From positions 5,084,001 through 5,148,000 of the forward strand of contig CATNEN010000005.1 in NCBI GenBank assembly GCA_950097015.1: a stretch of DNA of 64,000 nt, read 5' to 3'. Of this stretch, positions 12,867-27,800 are shown piece by piece. Within the stretch, counting starts at the first letter, position 1. Each line of letters starts with the position of its first letter. The position numbers and the translations under genes are program-made. The stretch comes from Macrostomum hystrix. Taxonomy: Eukaryota; Animalia; Platyhelminthes. Under the pieces are notes generated by a model, which made no database searches, was not told where the DNA came from, and saw only the letters and a list, made by a program, of their open reading frames with translations.

Positions 12867-15800
12867 ATGTCTAAAAGACGGACTAAAGGTGACACGAACC
12901 CACGACGAAAGTTTCAAAATTGGTTCACAAAGAACCTACTTGACTTTGCGGACAGTGATGTAGTAATGGACCAAGTGAGTTTTCAATTCTTATTGAGATT
13001 CTATTTAAGTTTCATGCAATTTTGTAAAGAAATTTGACGAGGGTGGGGCCACCCGACGGCAGAGGTCTAGACGGGGAAAAAGCTTAAAATATCTCCCGTC
13101 TAGCCTGGAAAAAGCTCGTCTGTTAAGCTTTCTTCTATGGACTAGACCGGAAAAAGCTCATCTGTTTTAACTAACTAGTACTTCAATGCAGCAAGGCTAG
13201 AAATTAAGCGATTTATTGTGTTTTGTTTAACCTGTTAAAAATCCTAAATTTTGAAATACGACTTTGTTTTAAAGTGCTGTTTGAATAAAAACAAATTTAA
13301 AATTCATCAGCACGGGGCTGGCACTGGTATATGATTCATTATCAGGTTTGATGTTACTTGCAGAATTTACAAGCTAGTCAGTTGCTTTAAAGCTATACAT
13401 AGATGTGACTTACATTGTATGGTGAAGTTGAAGATTGCTTTTTGTCGAATATGAATTTTCTTGTAATGTAACAGTAAAGCCACTATATTACTACTTGCTA
13501 GATTAGAAAGTTGTAGTAACAGGTTACAGGAATTAACTATTAACTCAGGTTCTTTAGCTTTATGGGCTTTTTCTGATGTGAAACTTTTGTTAAGTAGAAA
13601 TCAAGCTAGGCTATGCCTAGGCACGATATATTTTCTAAACATTTGATCTATTTATCCAATAATGTGCTGATAAAAACTGCATAGTTAGAACCTTTTGTTA
13701 TTATTAATGCTAGTTTATATATATAAATGCTAGCTGTCCAGTCCTCTTAGTTACCCAGCCCTCTAAGCATTTGATCTATTTATCCAATAATGGGCTGATA
13801 AATACTGCTTAGTTATAGCTTTTTTGTTATTATATATGCTAGTTAGTAGTTTAATATAGGCACTCATTTGCATGGAGAAAATTTATTGAATTGTTCTAAA
13901 ATACCAAATAGCTTTTTATGTTATGATCTAGTCATATTTGTTAATTTAGAGACATTATCTATTTTAGTATTAAAATACATTTTGCAATATAAAGTATAAC
14001 ATATATATACCATATATATCCTGTCCTCCTAGCTACCCAGCCCTCTAGTCCTAGATATCCTGCCCCTAGCTGTCCAGTCCTAGCTAACAATCTTGCCCCC
14101 CTAGCTGGCCAGTCCTAGCTAGCTATCCTGCCCCCTAGATGTCCAGTCCTAGCTAGCTATCCTGCCCCCCCCTAGCTAGCTATCCTGCCCCCCCTAGCTA
14201 GCTATCCTGCCCCCTAGCTGTCCAGTCCTAGCTTGCTTTCCTGCCCACTTAGCTTGCCAGTCCTAGCTAGCAGTCTTGCCCCCCCTAGCTGGCCAGTCCT
14301 AGCTAGCTATCCTGCCCCCTAGCTGTCCAGTCCTAGCTAGCAGTCTTGCCCCCCCCCTAGCTGTCCAGTCCTAGCTAGCAATCTTGTCCCCCCTAGCTGG
14401 CCAGTCCTAGCTAGCTATCCTGCCCCCTAGCTGTCCAGTCCTAGCTAGCAGTCTTGCCCCCCCTAGCTGTCCAGTCCTAGCTAGCAATCTTGTCCCCCCT
14501 AGCTGGCCAGTCCTAGCTAGCTATCCTGCCACCCCTAGCTAGCTATCCTGCCCCCTAGCTGTCCAGTCCTAGCTAGCCATTTTGCCCCCCCCCTAGCTGG
14601 CCAGTCCTAGCTAGCTATCCTGCCCCCCTAGCTAGCTATCCTGCCCCCTAGCTGTCCAGTCCTAGCTAGCCATCTTGCCCCCCCCCCTAGCTGGCCAGTC
14701 CTAGCTCGCTGTCCTGCCCCCCTAGCTAGCTATCCTGCCCCCCTAGCTGTCCAGTCCTAGCTAGCCATCTTGCCCCCCCCTAGCTGGCCAGTCCTAGCTA
14801 GCTATCCTGCCCCCCTAGCTAGCTATCCTGCCCCCCCCCTAGCTAGCTATCCTTCCCCCCCTAGCTATCCTTTCCCCATAGCTGTCTAGTCCTACGCCAC
14901 CTTCCTTTCCTCCCAGCTACGCTGCCTCCTTGCTCTCTAGTCCTTTCAGCTATCCTGCCAAGTACCCTGTACTTCATTCGATTCCTTATCCTTTTGCTTT
15001 CTTATCTTATTTATCAGTCCTAGCTCTGCAGTACCTTTTAATTCTGCAACCTGTTTTGTTATTAGTATCTGTAACCTGCTGGTTTTTCGTTTTAACTTTT
15101 GCAGATGGTTCACACTGCGTATTCATCCTTTTTGCAGGAAAATAAACGATTCGGTAAGATAGTATTCTTCATTGTATGTGCTTTCTTAATCCTTTTTAAT
15201 TGTGTAAGTAATATAAGAATAAGTTCATGCATTTTTTTCATTTTTTTCTTGAAACGGATGTGTATATGTACATGTTTAATGATGTGATTTTAGTTATTTA
15301 GCATATCCATGAAGCTGACAAGTCGTTTATACTGTAGCTAATTGCTCAATTTTTTTAATTGGTTGTTATAAAGCAAAATCCCGAATGTACAGTAAAGGTA
15401 ATAAAGGTGCATGATATATTTATACTGTTACTTTTCTATTTTCAGATCAACAGAAGGAGTTGGCAGCCAGATTCAAGTCTCTCTGTGGCTCGGAAAGACA
15501 GCGGCTCGCTGCAAAGGCAGCACAGACTGCCCCCAAGCTCTCAACGATAGAGAAAATGGTAAACTGCATTTTTTTGCTTGGCGGACTCACTTTTTATCGC
15601 TACCACACCTTTTTAATTTGCTATCACACCTATCGAAAAGTTTAGCTTCGCAAGGACCCATCGTGGAGATTTTTTTTAATTGTGGCCCGTCAGGATAAGC
15701 CACCATACTTTTCATGCAGCCCAGAAGATGTAGAACTTCATCCATTGGCGCGGCAAGTGTCAGAGGTATGAGCCACGTCTCATTGGTTAATGACCTACGC

Positions 15801-18800
15801 TTACTCTTGATTAATTAATAATGCTCTGTTTAAAACTATTTTTAGAAGCTTATCGGCCATTTGAAAAATCCGCCTAAAAAAGCATAATGGGTTTGAGAAA
15901 GGCCCTTCGCAAGCAGGCTCAGGATGCATATAGTAAGTTATTTTTCTCTAGCTGGTTTTTGGGCATAGACAGATCCTAGAGAAGATCAAATTTATTTTAG
16001 CGTTCAATGTGGCTATGAATAATCTTATTGGTAATTAAGATGTGTCAGCAGTAAGATTGTAATAGGAAACTACTTTTATTAGGGATTATATTATAGTTAA
16101 ATAGACAAAACGTGACAAAAGTTGCCACATTTTTTGGATTGTTAACATTTTAGATGCAGCAGGGTTTCATGGCCGCGTCCAATGGAAGAAGTTGCCTATA
16201 ATTGGCCAATTCGAACCATGGTTATGCGATCCTACATGGATGACAATGGAGTCTATTAAAGCGGCACTTTCGAGCCCTATCGTATTCCATCCATCAAGAT
16301 CAGGTCTTAGTTTTAGTTCTTACTTCTTACTTAGCTAAACTTACTTACTTACTAACTAAACTAAACTAAACTAAACTAAACTAAACTAACTAATAAACTA
16401 AACTTACTTCTTAGTTTAGCGCACAATATGAAGTTATTTCGTTATTTACACTGCTTTACTTTACCGATTTATACGATAAAGGTGATTTTAATTAGTGCAG
16501 AGAAGTTTGAGTGCTTTGAAATATCGTCTAGCTGTTTCCGTTTATTCACTGACTGATTTATCCTTATTTTAAAATCATGACTCAATTTAAACTAGCCGTT
16601 TTGTTTAATTTCTTATTTCTCTCCAGTTCCAATCGACGTAAGCGAACCCGAAGGCAACGAAGACCATATCGACCAATCAGAAGACCTTGACTGGCCGAGC
16701 TCCGGCGGTCCGCACTTCGGTGTGCCGAGCTCCAGTGGGCCTAGAGGCGGTGGGCCTAGTGGCGGCGGGCCGAACTCCAGCGGGCCTAGAAGCGGTGGGC
16801 CGAACTCCAGCGGGCCTAGAAGCGGTGGGCCTAGTGGCGGCGGGCCGAACTCCAGCGGGCCTAGAGGCGGTGGGCCTAGTGGCGGCGGGCCGAACTCCAG
16901 CGGGCCTAGAAGCGGTGGGCCGAACTCCAGCGGGCCTAGAAGCGGCGGGCCGAACTCCAGCGGGCCTAGAAGCGGCGGGCCGAACTCCAGCGGGCCTAGA
17001 GGCGGTGGGCCTAGTGGCGTCGGGCCGAACTCCAGCGGGCCTAGAGGCGGCGGGCCGAACTCCAGCGGGCCTAGAGGCGGCGGGCCGAACTCCAGCGGGC
17101 CTAGAAGCGGTGGGCCTAGTGGCGGCGGGCCGAACTCCAGCGGGCCTAGAAGCGGTGGGCCTAGTGGCGGCGGGCCGAACTCCAGCGGGCCTAGAGGCGG
17201 TGGGCCTAGTGGCGGCGGGCCGAACTCCAGCGGGCCTAGAAGCGGTGGGCCGAACTCCAGCGGGCCTAGAAGCGGCGGGCCGAACTCCAGCGGGCCTAGA
17301 AGCGGCGGGCCGAACTCCAGCGGGCCTAGAGGCGGTGGGCCTAGTGGCGTCGGGCCGAACTCCAGCGGGCCTAGAGGCGGCGGGCCGAACTCCAGCGGGC
17401 CTAGAGGCGGCGGGCCGAACTCCAGCGGGCCTAGAAGCGGTGGGCCTAGTGGCGGCGGGCCGAACTCCAGCGGGCCTAGAAGCGGTGGGCCTAGTGGCGG
17501 CGGGCCGAACTCCAGCGGGCCTAGAGGCGGTGGGCCTAGTGGCGGCGGGCCGAACTCCAGCGGGCCTAAAAGCGGTGGGCCGAACTCCAGCGGGCCTAGA
17601 AGCGGCGGGCCGAACTCCAGCGGGCCTAGAAGCGGCGGGCCGAACTCCAGCGGGCCTGAAAGCGGTGGGCCGAACTCCGGTGGACCAGGAAGCGGCGGGC
17701 CTAGAGGCGGCGGGCCGAACTCCAGCGGGCCTAGAAGCGGCGGGCCTGAAAGCGGTGGGCCGACAAGGGATGGGGATTTAGCTAATAATGTTTTGTATGA
17801 AGATGGAGAACTTTTTGTTCTTGCTGATTAATTATGCTTCTTAACATGGCGCGCAGCACAAAGTTATTTCGCAATATATATTTTACTGCAAAGTAGTTTG
17901 AGTGCTTTGAAACATGGTCTTGCTGTTTTGTATTAGATAATTTGTGATTTGATGATTTGTACGAGCTATGTAGAACTTTTTGTTTTTACTGATTAATTTT
18001 GCTCGTTTCGGGTGGGTGCGGTGGGTGGTAATTGAGGGTGGGTGCCGGGTCCCCTCAGTCCATGGACTGAACAGCCGTTCGCAGCCTTCAGGTGCGCCGC
18101 GCAGTAGCTGCCAGCTGTGCTGTCGGATGCACATGTGGCAAGATTGGGACAGGCGTCATCGATTATTATTAAAAATATTATTATCATCGTAGTGCGAGTG
18201 CACACAAAGTCTTGCACTTTTGAATCCACCACCAAAAATTAAAACGGCAATATTGTTTTCGTGACCTAGACAAGGCACGCAATTTATGTTATCAATGTTT
18301 GAACAGAATGTGCAGCTGAAGAGAATTAAAAAAAATGCTTCCTGTTTTCCACTTCTTTCAAGTACAAACTAAAAAACTGTCGAGGCAGATTGAGAGGCGG
18401 CGGATAGCAGTACATGTGCCACGGATGGTCGTATGCGACCGGCCAAATTGTCGACCAACTGCACGGATCGTAAACGAGTATACTGGGCAGCGGCAGCTTT
18501 AATAATCCAACTCTCCCTCACCCCAACCAAAGGCTTAGCACCTTGCGCGTTGTGCGAATTGCGCAAGTTACAATACTGCGGAGAGGGAAATGGATCACTA
18601 GTTGGGATGAGTGAGTTATTCAGGGTGGACACGCGCAGGTTTCAATTGCGCAAGTTGTGATAGGAGGGAGAAATTGCTCACTTGCTCATGTGAACACTTT
18701 TCAATGTCCAATAGTGTAACGCTGACAATATCAAAGCGTAGCTTTTAACAGATATTAAGGGATAACTCTGATATCATAGCCTAGCACTGGTAGTAGGTTA

Positions 18801-21800
18801 GTTTTAGGGTAGATTGTACAGATTCGATTTTAGGATATTGGGATTTAGGGAAGTGCTTAGAAGATAAAAACATTTACGTGGGGAACTTTTAGTGACAATC
18901 GTATACTAAAATAGTTGCTTACAAAAATAGTAGGGGCATTAAAACAGTAAACGCTTATTCTTCCTTTTAATAATATACTTTATCGATACTCACGGCTGCA
19001 TCTTATTCGTCCGTCCGTTATTTATAAGATCGGAGGTTTTGTCTGCACATCTGTTCTCGAGATGTCGGTTTTCGAGCAGTCAGATTTTTTTACATTTTCC
19101 ATGAAATTAGGTAAAGAGAAGGTAAATTCCTAAGGTGAGTTCTGTACCGCTGGCTTAGCCGACCAACACCTAGAATCATGCTGATGATGCGTTCCTTGAT
19201 ACACAAACAACCATGAGCTGTAAACTTTGGCACGAGGACCATTAGTAAAAGGGATGTTACACTACTCATAAGCATAAAAGGATATGAAAAAATGAAATGC
19301 CGCCTTCGGCAAAACCGGGCGACCAGACTTGGGGTAAACCCCGAACCCGGAACCCGACCCGGACCCAAAAACCGACCCGACCCCGAACTTTACCCGACTA
19401 TCTCCTGGACTTGGAGTGATGGCTAAGAAGAGTACTTGTCTTAAAATACCGCCTTTTCCTTTTTCTACTTTTCTATTGTTAACTCTTCTCCCCCACTATC
19501 ACTACACTACTCGACTCCTCGGACAGTCGTACTCTTCACTTTACCCTCTACTCCTGAAAGCCTCAGGCAGGTTTGTATGTTAAAAATTCAGATTTAAGTT
19601 GCTGACGTGGGATTACATAGCTAACGAAGTAAAAAGAAAACATAATTAAAGACCATTTAAAGACATAATGCAGAATTAGGATGAGCTGTTTAGACTTTAG
19701 AAATATGTATATCTATATGTATGTATTATAATTCAAGGCCTAAAATTCGTAGAATGATTTATATACATTAGAATGACTAAGGCATCACGATTATTAATTC
19801 ATTAGTGCAGTGCAAATTACGCCAGTTCAGTTTAAGAAAAAAATATTTTTGAAATGGCGCGATTTCGAAAGACGCTTTATCACGTAATAAGGCAATACTT
19901 AAATAAAACTGATAATAATAAAAACACCGGAAACCTGAACCCGGTACCAAAACCCGACCCGAAAACCCGAACCCGAACACCCAACCCCGAACCTCGAACC
20001 CGACCCGGACATCTACACCCGAACCCGGTACCAAAACCAAGAGCAAGAAAACTGAGAAACTTCAATTCTAGACTTCATTTGCTTTCAAAGACTATAGTCT
20101 GAAGCTACATGTATACTGCATACGAGGGGGTTAAAAAGTTTTGCCGTTGACTACTTTGAGAAGCCACTTCTACTCTTCGAGAAGAAGCTAAAAGTTTGGG
20201 GAATCAAAGGTTCGGATCCATGCACCCATGAAAGCTCGTCGAGAGGCATTTCTAGAAGGCAATGCGCATGACACTTGTTCTGCGACCGCACTGGACCCCT
20301 TACGATCGAGCTTATGCAGGAGCCTGACACAAGCATCAATTCTGATCGCTACATGTACATGTACTGAAGGATGCATGACATTCAAAACAAGCGTCACAGA
20401 GACACCAAGCCCTTCATTCTCCATCACGATAATGCAATAACACACACTGCTCAGAAGACCACTGAGGCTGTCACAAGGCTCAAACCTTCTGCCACACCCG
20501 CCATACTCGGCCAATTAGCTTTGCTCGACTGGCTCACTACAGTCTGCAGCAGCAAGCACCAGGACGCAGGTGTCGAGCGGCGCTTCGTGCCGCCCTTCCT
20601 GCGTTCCTCCCGTACATGTACTTTTGTGTCTCAACCCCTTGCCCAGTGTATTTGCAATTACCCCCACCAGCCCAATCCGGTTCTCCGGTTTGTCTGGCCC
20701 TCGGCTTAGCCAGGCAGGCCGCTGATTGGCTGCAAACACTTATTTTCTCGACGCTCTAATTCTCTTCTTCGCCTCTCGGCTCTACTGCAGCCTGCCCCAA
20801 CCCCAACACCCAACTCGGGGTGGCTAAGCCCCACTCCTCCCCTTCTCACCTCCATGGATGCGAGGCTGGTGCGAGCCAATTTTGCGTCTGCCACCCCCTG
20901 GCAATGTCATTGGCTGGAGGGCGCAGCCCGGCCCCGCCCCTGCTCTGATTCTCTCGCCCCTCCCCGCCACTATTTATTTGTGCGCTCCGCTCGCCATGCC
21001 ATAACGCGCTCTCGACCGCCCTACCCTGCTTAATTGCTCCGGAAAACTTGGTTTGACGCGCGGTCTCTTACTCCGACGAATCAAATCGATTACCTAAGAT
21101 CAGATTTTGACACTTAGAAGAACCACACAGTGCATTGCGGTGAGCGCAGGCACAGAGCAGAGGATTGCCAATAATACTGAGCAGTCAGCGCGTGCACGAC
21201 CTGCACTACTAGCCCGAGACGCGATTTATGAGCTCCCGGTAAGATTCGACTTTCCGCGTTTATTATTTCACCTGGTTGTTCTCATTGCTCGAGCGTCTTC
21301 GGTTATTTACGTTACGTTCGATGGAGTCCGAGTGGCCGTCTGCTCACTCGACACTTTTATTATCCGTTATTTCGATCATTATTGTCTGCAAAGTGTCCGT
21401 ACGCCTCCAGGCTTTTGCTTACCCTAACACTCTGTAGTGCACAAGACCGACTGCAGGTGAGATGGCCAGGCAGATGCTGAGGTTCTGACCGCGCTGACCA
21501 TTCACAGTCGCATTGGTTCTGTCCGATTGAGATGTCCAACCCAGCAGAAATTGCAGAAATTGCTTGCAAACTTGCCTAACTAGCATGCAAAAAGGTACGG
21601 TATAGTCGAACTCCACAGCTTAATTACAGTGAATGAGACTAGGCAAATATGCATTTACGTGTCAATTCCGATATTCATGGTAGATCGGCTACTGCTAGTA
21701 GTTAAGCAGAATTATGAAAAAAACGAAGGCGCATTAACACTGCCTTTTAGGGTTTGACATTTGGTTTGTTGTTACTTTTTAGCAAAGTAACTGCGACCAT

Positions 21801-24800
21801 ATCCAATCAATTTTCAAAATGGACGCGAATTCTCGCTTCTCTCGCCACTGTGGCATAAGAATTGTGCTCAAAGTAACAATTATTATTAACTAAATCGCAG
21901 CACTGAAAACAAAAGTAATAAAATAGCGCGCTAGTGAGTAGATTCACAAAGTTGTTTTGATGTAAATCCACAGTCAGCAAGAAATACAAGAAATACAATT
22001 TTCCGTATTAAGGAAGATTGTACTGCAACAATATAAATGGGAACTGTAGGAAGTAATTGTGCACACCAATAACACATCGAAAAAATTTCTTCTGTTGCAG
22101 TTAAATGAGTTAGAAAATAACAGAAAGAAAAAAACTTTTATCTTGCACGACACCGTAAAATCAATGCATTTGTGCGATCACATCAACGCATTGAAACCGC
22201 AGGTCTTCAAGGACATGGCGACAATGGGAAAGCAAGCCTGTTTTGCCTTGTAACGACTCGATTTCTTGATAGAGCCGTAACTGCAGACGCGAAGCTTCTT
22301 CGCGGATCAGATTTTTCTCCTCACCTATTCGGGAAAATAGAGACGAAGCTTCGATCATGAGAAGACGATACCGTGCAGCAGGTTCAGATAGAGACACGCC
22401 GCAGTAGACATCGGCCGTTGGATTGTAATATGTGGCCAGAGGTTCCCGTGAAAATTGTGGCAGATCCTTGGACCAAATGGCCGCCATTTCGCGCTGAACA
22501 ACAGACAATCGCGCGATGTACACCTTGGCGTCGCTTTGTGCACTGCATTGGCGAAGGCTTGCATACAAGCGCAGCCGCTCAACAGCTCCGCACCGAAGGC
22601 GCTCTAATGGAGTCAGCGGAGAGGATTCTTCTTCAACTAAATACTCCTGAAGGTGCAGCTGTCCTCGTAGAAATAGCTGGTGCGGCTCACGATCTGAAAA
22701 ATATGATTTCATTGCACGACTGTTTTATTGCTTTACTCACGCGAGACAACCGCAATTAAGGCAGTGTGTTACCTTCTGGAAGCAATTTCTGCAAGAGACT
22801 GGTCAGAGACGCCGAGTGCCTGCGCAGCAAACGAAGTCTGTTTTGCAGCCATTTCCCTGGAGTGGAGGAAGTTGAAAAAAATTCTTTCAATAAATCGGCG
22901 CCCATAAATGATAACCGCCATCGAATAACTGAATAAATGACATCCATTTTTAATACATTTGCTGTCAAAAGTTGAGGATATATACATTTTCAACCTTTAA
23001 ACTGAGAAAATATGCGACAGAGAACAGAGAGATAGCATTAAAGTAAAAGGACAAAAAATTAAACACTGACCACATTCCAGTAAGTGACTGACATTCGAAC
23101 GCCAAATGTAATGAGCTAGAGTGTAAGTGCGGTGGTCAATGCGCATCTCCTTTAACTGTGGGCCGTATGGTCGGAACGATGAATTCAACCTCTCACAGTG
23201 TTCGCCATCGGTTAGGCCGCAGCCTTCAACGAATCTAACTGAGTTTTTTAGCTGAAATATGAAATAATAGGAATGATATGTGGCAAAAAATATAATGTAC
23301 AATCAAAACTATTTTCTTTCTTGTTTTGGTACGAACAAATGTAATACGAAATTTATAAATGAGACACAAAATACATACTCGGCAGGATGTCTTGTGAGCG
23401 AATGCATGAAAGGCGTTTACAGCAGGAACAATGGTTACATATGGATAGTCAGCCGCGATCTGCTGCAATCGACGGAACATCTTGCAGGCAATGTCATAGA
23501 CAAAGATGACTACCCCATTTACGCCACTTGCTTCCAAGAAGTATCGAAGACATTGTTCAGCGTATACAAGGCGTTCTCCTGGCGATCGGATGTCAGCGCA
23601 TGAAACTATAATTGAGTGGCGACAGGAGAGCATGAAGAGTCCGTTAACATCAAGGGCTCTTGAAGAAATTCTCCGAGTGACTGAGCCAGCTTGAAAATTC
23701 GAACACGAAGCAGTATCTTCGCCAGCTTCCTTGGGATCGACATCAACATGAATAAAAGGTGCCGGAAGACGACCATCGAGTGGTGATGGACACAGCTGCT
23801 GACCAGCCCGGCGTCTGTGACGCAAACCCATGCACCCATCTCCTGTGACGATTGTTGTGGACGGCAACGAACCTGGAGTGTTCTGAATAATTTGACGGAT
23901 CCGCGATTTAAATTTTACAACAATTATTGATTCGTGTATACATGCGAATGCTTGCATTTTAGTAAATTTCAACAGTGATCTAATTAAGAGCAGCAATTTA
24001 GAAATTAGACACCGTAGCTGGGGTAGCAAATTTTAGACACAATGTGCACTTCGTCTATCGTCTTTCCTAAGGAAAACCTGCTCAATTTCGAAAAACAGTA
24101 GCAAGTTATTATTCACTGCATCTGGACACAACAAGTAACCGGTCGGCCAAGGAAGCACATCGCGAAGAAGTTGCCTATATCTTTTAAGCACATCGTTTCG
24201 ACGAAGAGCATCGTATAAATGCAGCCATGTCTGGAAACGAAAATATTTTTCCAATTGTTATCGGCTTTGAGTTTGTTGGTAAAACGCTCTATACTTAACC
24301 ATATTTATATTTTAAGATACTATCCCATTTTTAGTATATAGGACTAGAAGATACAAGTTTTTTATAACTTACGCGCTGTCGACCCTCAGTGATATTATCA
24401 AACGTAAGCAAGCAGCGCACAGCTCGTAGAAGTGACATCTTTCCGTCGGATGTGAGACAATCGAGCATATCCAGAAGTCTCTTGTGAATGAATTTGTCGG
24501 AACTAACTTTTGTAACAGGAAAGTAGCCCGCAATAAGCATAGCATCGTTAATAGAACATTCCGCACAAAGATGAACTGACACAAAGATGCGATCTAAAAT
24601 GATATTGCCCCAGAATGTAAATACGTAAAACAATGTTAATACGGGTAGCACCATCGCAATACACAGCAAATGTTAAAAATTACGTACGACCAAGATGGTC
24701 GTATACATTAGCAGACGTGCTACTATGTAAATCCTCTCGGGAATTAACACAGCAATGAATGACAGGCCGCTCAGCAGGAGTAGAGTCTTGGTACATCTCT

Positions 24801-27800
24801 CCCTATAATGAGTTTGAAGAGTAAACGAAAGTCACATCCACGACATAAGAAGATGCACTTTCATATGAAGTTATGAACAGTCAACTTACATTCCACTCGG
24901 TAAATTTGTGCACCAGAAAGGTGCCATGCGTATCTTTCATACAATCCGAGCAGAATTTGCTGGCGCATGTAGTACAATATACGAAACCATCATTCATGCA
25001 GCGGCAGCACGGCTGTAGAATAAATTGCTTTAGACAAGCAGACGACTGCTGCTCAATAACTGGTTCTTCTCGCTCCCAGTCCTGTAGAGGCTGCTGCAAC
25101 TTTGGTGATGCTGCCACGGAATCTACGACGTCCCAGTCCCTTTCTGCATGATCTGATACATGATCTGCTACAGAATGCTGAGAAGCTGCGGATTCCTGAC
25201 TGCTTTGAGTAGTTTGCCGGTTAAAGTTGGCTCTAGCGACATTATAGGGCAGAAAGAGTGAACCACGGCCGCGGCGCCGCGATACTCGGATGCCAAGATT
25301 TACTGAACGAGGAAACTGAAATAAAATAAAGCATAAGAAAACTACAGTAAGGAAAAAGGAACAAAGTAGTGCTACAGCAGGGCAGGGGCTGGTGGTGGGG
25401 CAGGGGCAGGACTACTGCAGGGTTTGGGCAGGGGATGGGACTGGGCAGGGGCAGGGGGTTTGGGGCAGGGGCAGGGACAGGGGGTTGGGGCAGGGGCAGG
25501 GGGTTGGGGCAGGGGCAGGGACAGGGGGTTGGGGCAGGGGCAGGGACAGGGGGTCGGGGCTGGAGCAGGGGCAGCGGCTGAGGCTGGGTCTAGGGCAGGG
25601 GTAGGGCATCGGTAGAGGCAAGGGGTGGGGTAGGGGCCAGACAAGGGCAGTGCGAAAGTTGGACAGGGGCAGGGGCAGGGGCAGAGCAGGGTCCGTGTCA
25701 TATAAAGGGAACATAATAAATGACTTCGTTAAATCCAGCTTTATAGGCCACAGCTTGTAGTATATAAATATAACCTTCTAGCTAGTGGTTGGTATAGCTA
25801 CCCTGGTAAGGTTGGCAGGTTGCTCATAACTGGAGATTTATCTTAATTTAAGTAATTAAATGAAATATGAATTGTATCTCATTTGTCATATAATAGTTTA
25901 GGAAATCAAATAGATATAGCCTTATTTAATCACTTCGAAATAGTGCCTCGGTTAGCAATATAAAATCATAAACCAAGTTTAATAAATTATTCTTTATAAT
26001 AAATTATAAAGAAAAAAAGTATTCTTGTATAAATACTGGACTGGACTGGATAGCTAGCTAGGACTAGAAAGCTAGGGAGGCAAGATAGGACTAGACAGCT
26101 AGTGGGGGGGCAGGATAGCTAGCTAGGACTGGACAGCTAGGGGGGCAGAAAAGCTAGCTAGGAATGGACAGCTAGGGGGCAGGATAGCTATCTAGGGGGG
26201 GCAGGATAGCTATCTAGGGGGGGCAGGATAGCTAGCTAGGGGGGCAGGATAGCTAGCTAGGGGGGCAGGATAGCTAGCTAAGGGGGGCAGGATAGCTAGC
26301 TAGGGGGGCAGGATAGCTAGCTAGGGGGGCAGGATAGCTAGCTAGGGGGGCAGGATAGCTAGCTAGGGGGGCATGATAGCTAGCTAGGACTGGCCAGCTA
26401 GGGGGGGCAAGATTTCTAGCTAGGACTGGACAGCTAGTGGGCAGGATAGCTAGCTAGGGGTGGCAGGATAGCTAGCTAGGACTAGGCAGTTGGGGGGCAC
26501 TGGGCACAATAGCTAGCTAGGACTGGACAGCTAGGGGGCAGGATAGCTAGCTAGGACTGGACAGCTAGGGGGGCAGGATTGCTAGCTAGGGGGGGCAAGA
26601 TTGCTAGCTAGGACTGGACAGCTAGTGGGCAGGATAGCTAGCTAGGGGGGGCCTGGATAGCTAGCTAGGACTGGCCAGCTAGGGGGGGGGCAAGATTTCT
26701 AGCAAGGACTGGACAGCTAGTGGGCAGGATAGCTAGCTAGGGGTGGCAGGATAGCTAGCTAGGACTAGGCAGTTAGGGGGGCACTGGGCACAATAGCTAG
26801 CTAGGACTGGACAGCTAGGGGGCAGGATAGCTAGCTAGGACTGGACAGCTAGGGGCCAGGATAGCTAACTAGGACTGGCCAGCTAGGGGGGCAAGATTGC
26901 TAGCTAGGACTGGACAGCTAGGGGGCAGGATAGCTAGTTAGGACTAGACAGCTAGGGGGGCAAGATTGCTAGCTAGGACTAGACAGCTAGGGGCAGGATA
27001 TCTAGGAGGACTAGAGGGCTGGGTAGCGAGGAGGACTGGATAAATATAGTATATATATATGTTATACTTTATATTGTAAAATGTATTTAATACTAATATA
27101 GATAATGTCTCTAAATTAACAAATATGACTAGATCATAACATAAAAAGCTATTTGGTAGTTTAGAACAATTCAATAAATTTTCTTCATGCAAATGAGTGC
27201 CATATAATTTTTTATATAACTACTAACTAGCATTTATAATAACAAAAAAGCTATAACTAAACAGTATTTATATAATTTATCAGCACATTATTGGATAAAT
27301 AGATCAAATGTTTAGAAAATATATCATGCCTAGGCATAGCCTAGCTTGATTTCTACTTAACAAAAGTTTCACATCAGAAAAAGCCCATAAAGCTAAAGAA
27401 CCTGAGTTAATAGTTAATTCCTGTAACCTGTTACTACAACTTTCTAATCTAGCAAGTAGTAATATAGTGGCTTTACTGTTACATTACAAGAAAATTCATA
27501 TTCGACAAAAAGCAATCTTCAACTTCACCATACAATGTAAGTCACATCTATGTATAGCTTTAAAGCAACTGACTAGCTTGTAAATTCTGCAAGTAACATC
27601 AAACCTGATAATGAATCATATACCAGTGCCAGCCCCGTGCTGATGAATTTTAAATTCGTTTTTATTCAAACAGCACTTTAAAACAAAGTCGTATTTCAAA
27701 ATTTAGGATTTTTAACAGGTTAAACAAAACACAATAAATCGCTTAATTTCTAGCCTTGCTGCATTGAAGTACTAGTTAGTTAAAACAGATGAGCTTTTTC

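Noticed and set aside
16320-16410. (CTAAA)n / (CTTA)n run as an interstitial telomeric repeat
   Set aside because: Short intronic microsatellite that does not match TTAGGG or TTAGG.
16687-17781. 364-aa GRTPAGLEA-repeat ORF as a separate gene
   Set aside because: Alternative frame of the same repeat; only the GGPNSS frame is phase-compatible with the upstream exon.
20188-20514. Minus-strand ORF resembling an RT fragment (CDSLSGLL)
   Set aside because: The plus strand carries clearer mariner motifs and a TIR, so this is the antisense shadow.
25369-25714. Pro/Cys- or Gly-rich ORFs as real proteins or the first KDZ exon
   Set aside because: Low-complexity GGGGCA repeat open in several frames; no convincing donor linking it to the exon at 25315.
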